NCBI GenBank assembly: GCA_032718475.1
Contig: JAUCBJ010007173.1
Span: forward strand, 171,916 to 235,915
DNA: 64,000 bases
Direction: 5' to 3'
Origin: Nemertoderma westbladi
Taxonomy: Eukaryota > Animalia > Xenacoelomorpha
The stretch's first letter is position 1. Each line of letters begins with the position of its first letter. The notes beneath the pieces are model-generated. The model ran no database searches. It saw only the letters and a list, made by a program, of their open reading frames with translations, and was not told where the DNA came from. Shown in pieces: positions 63,981 through 64,000 of this stretch. Made by a program: the position numbers and the translations under genes.

Positions 63981-64000
63981 TACAGACTTATGTGGTGCAT

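Overview
Eukaryotic (probably invertebrate animal) repeat-rich DNA, mostly transposable elements. From left to right: a decayed CRE-like non-LTR element (1-2.8 kb), then a nested LTR cluster (2.8-28.2 kb). The cluster is an old rearranged BEL/Pao element containing an old Gypsy pol fragment, a complete Mag-like Gypsy element (8293-13438, TSD ATGGC) and a young 12.8-kb non-autonomous BEL/Pao element (14227-27055, TSD GTGGT). Next come a 43-bp satellite (31.9-36.6 kb), minisatellites, and a second young non-autonomous BEL/Pao element (38714-46163, TSD AATTG) just upstream of the terminal exon of a Ly6/three-finger-type GPI-anchored gene. The right end holds Helentron/DINE-like repeats, a terminal ankyrin-repeat exon and a decayed RTE-type LINE. 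Main observation: neither BEL element has a tRNA primer-binding site. In both, the first 11 nt after the 5' LTR are the exact reverse complement of an 11-nt segment inside the element's own LTR, which points to tRNA-independent self-priming. An older relative of one family appears to carry a DEDDy 3'-5' exonuclease ORF between pol and its 3' LTR. The 12.8-kb element also has duplicated RNA structures with compensatory changes. All calls were made by eye; no database search or folding program was run.
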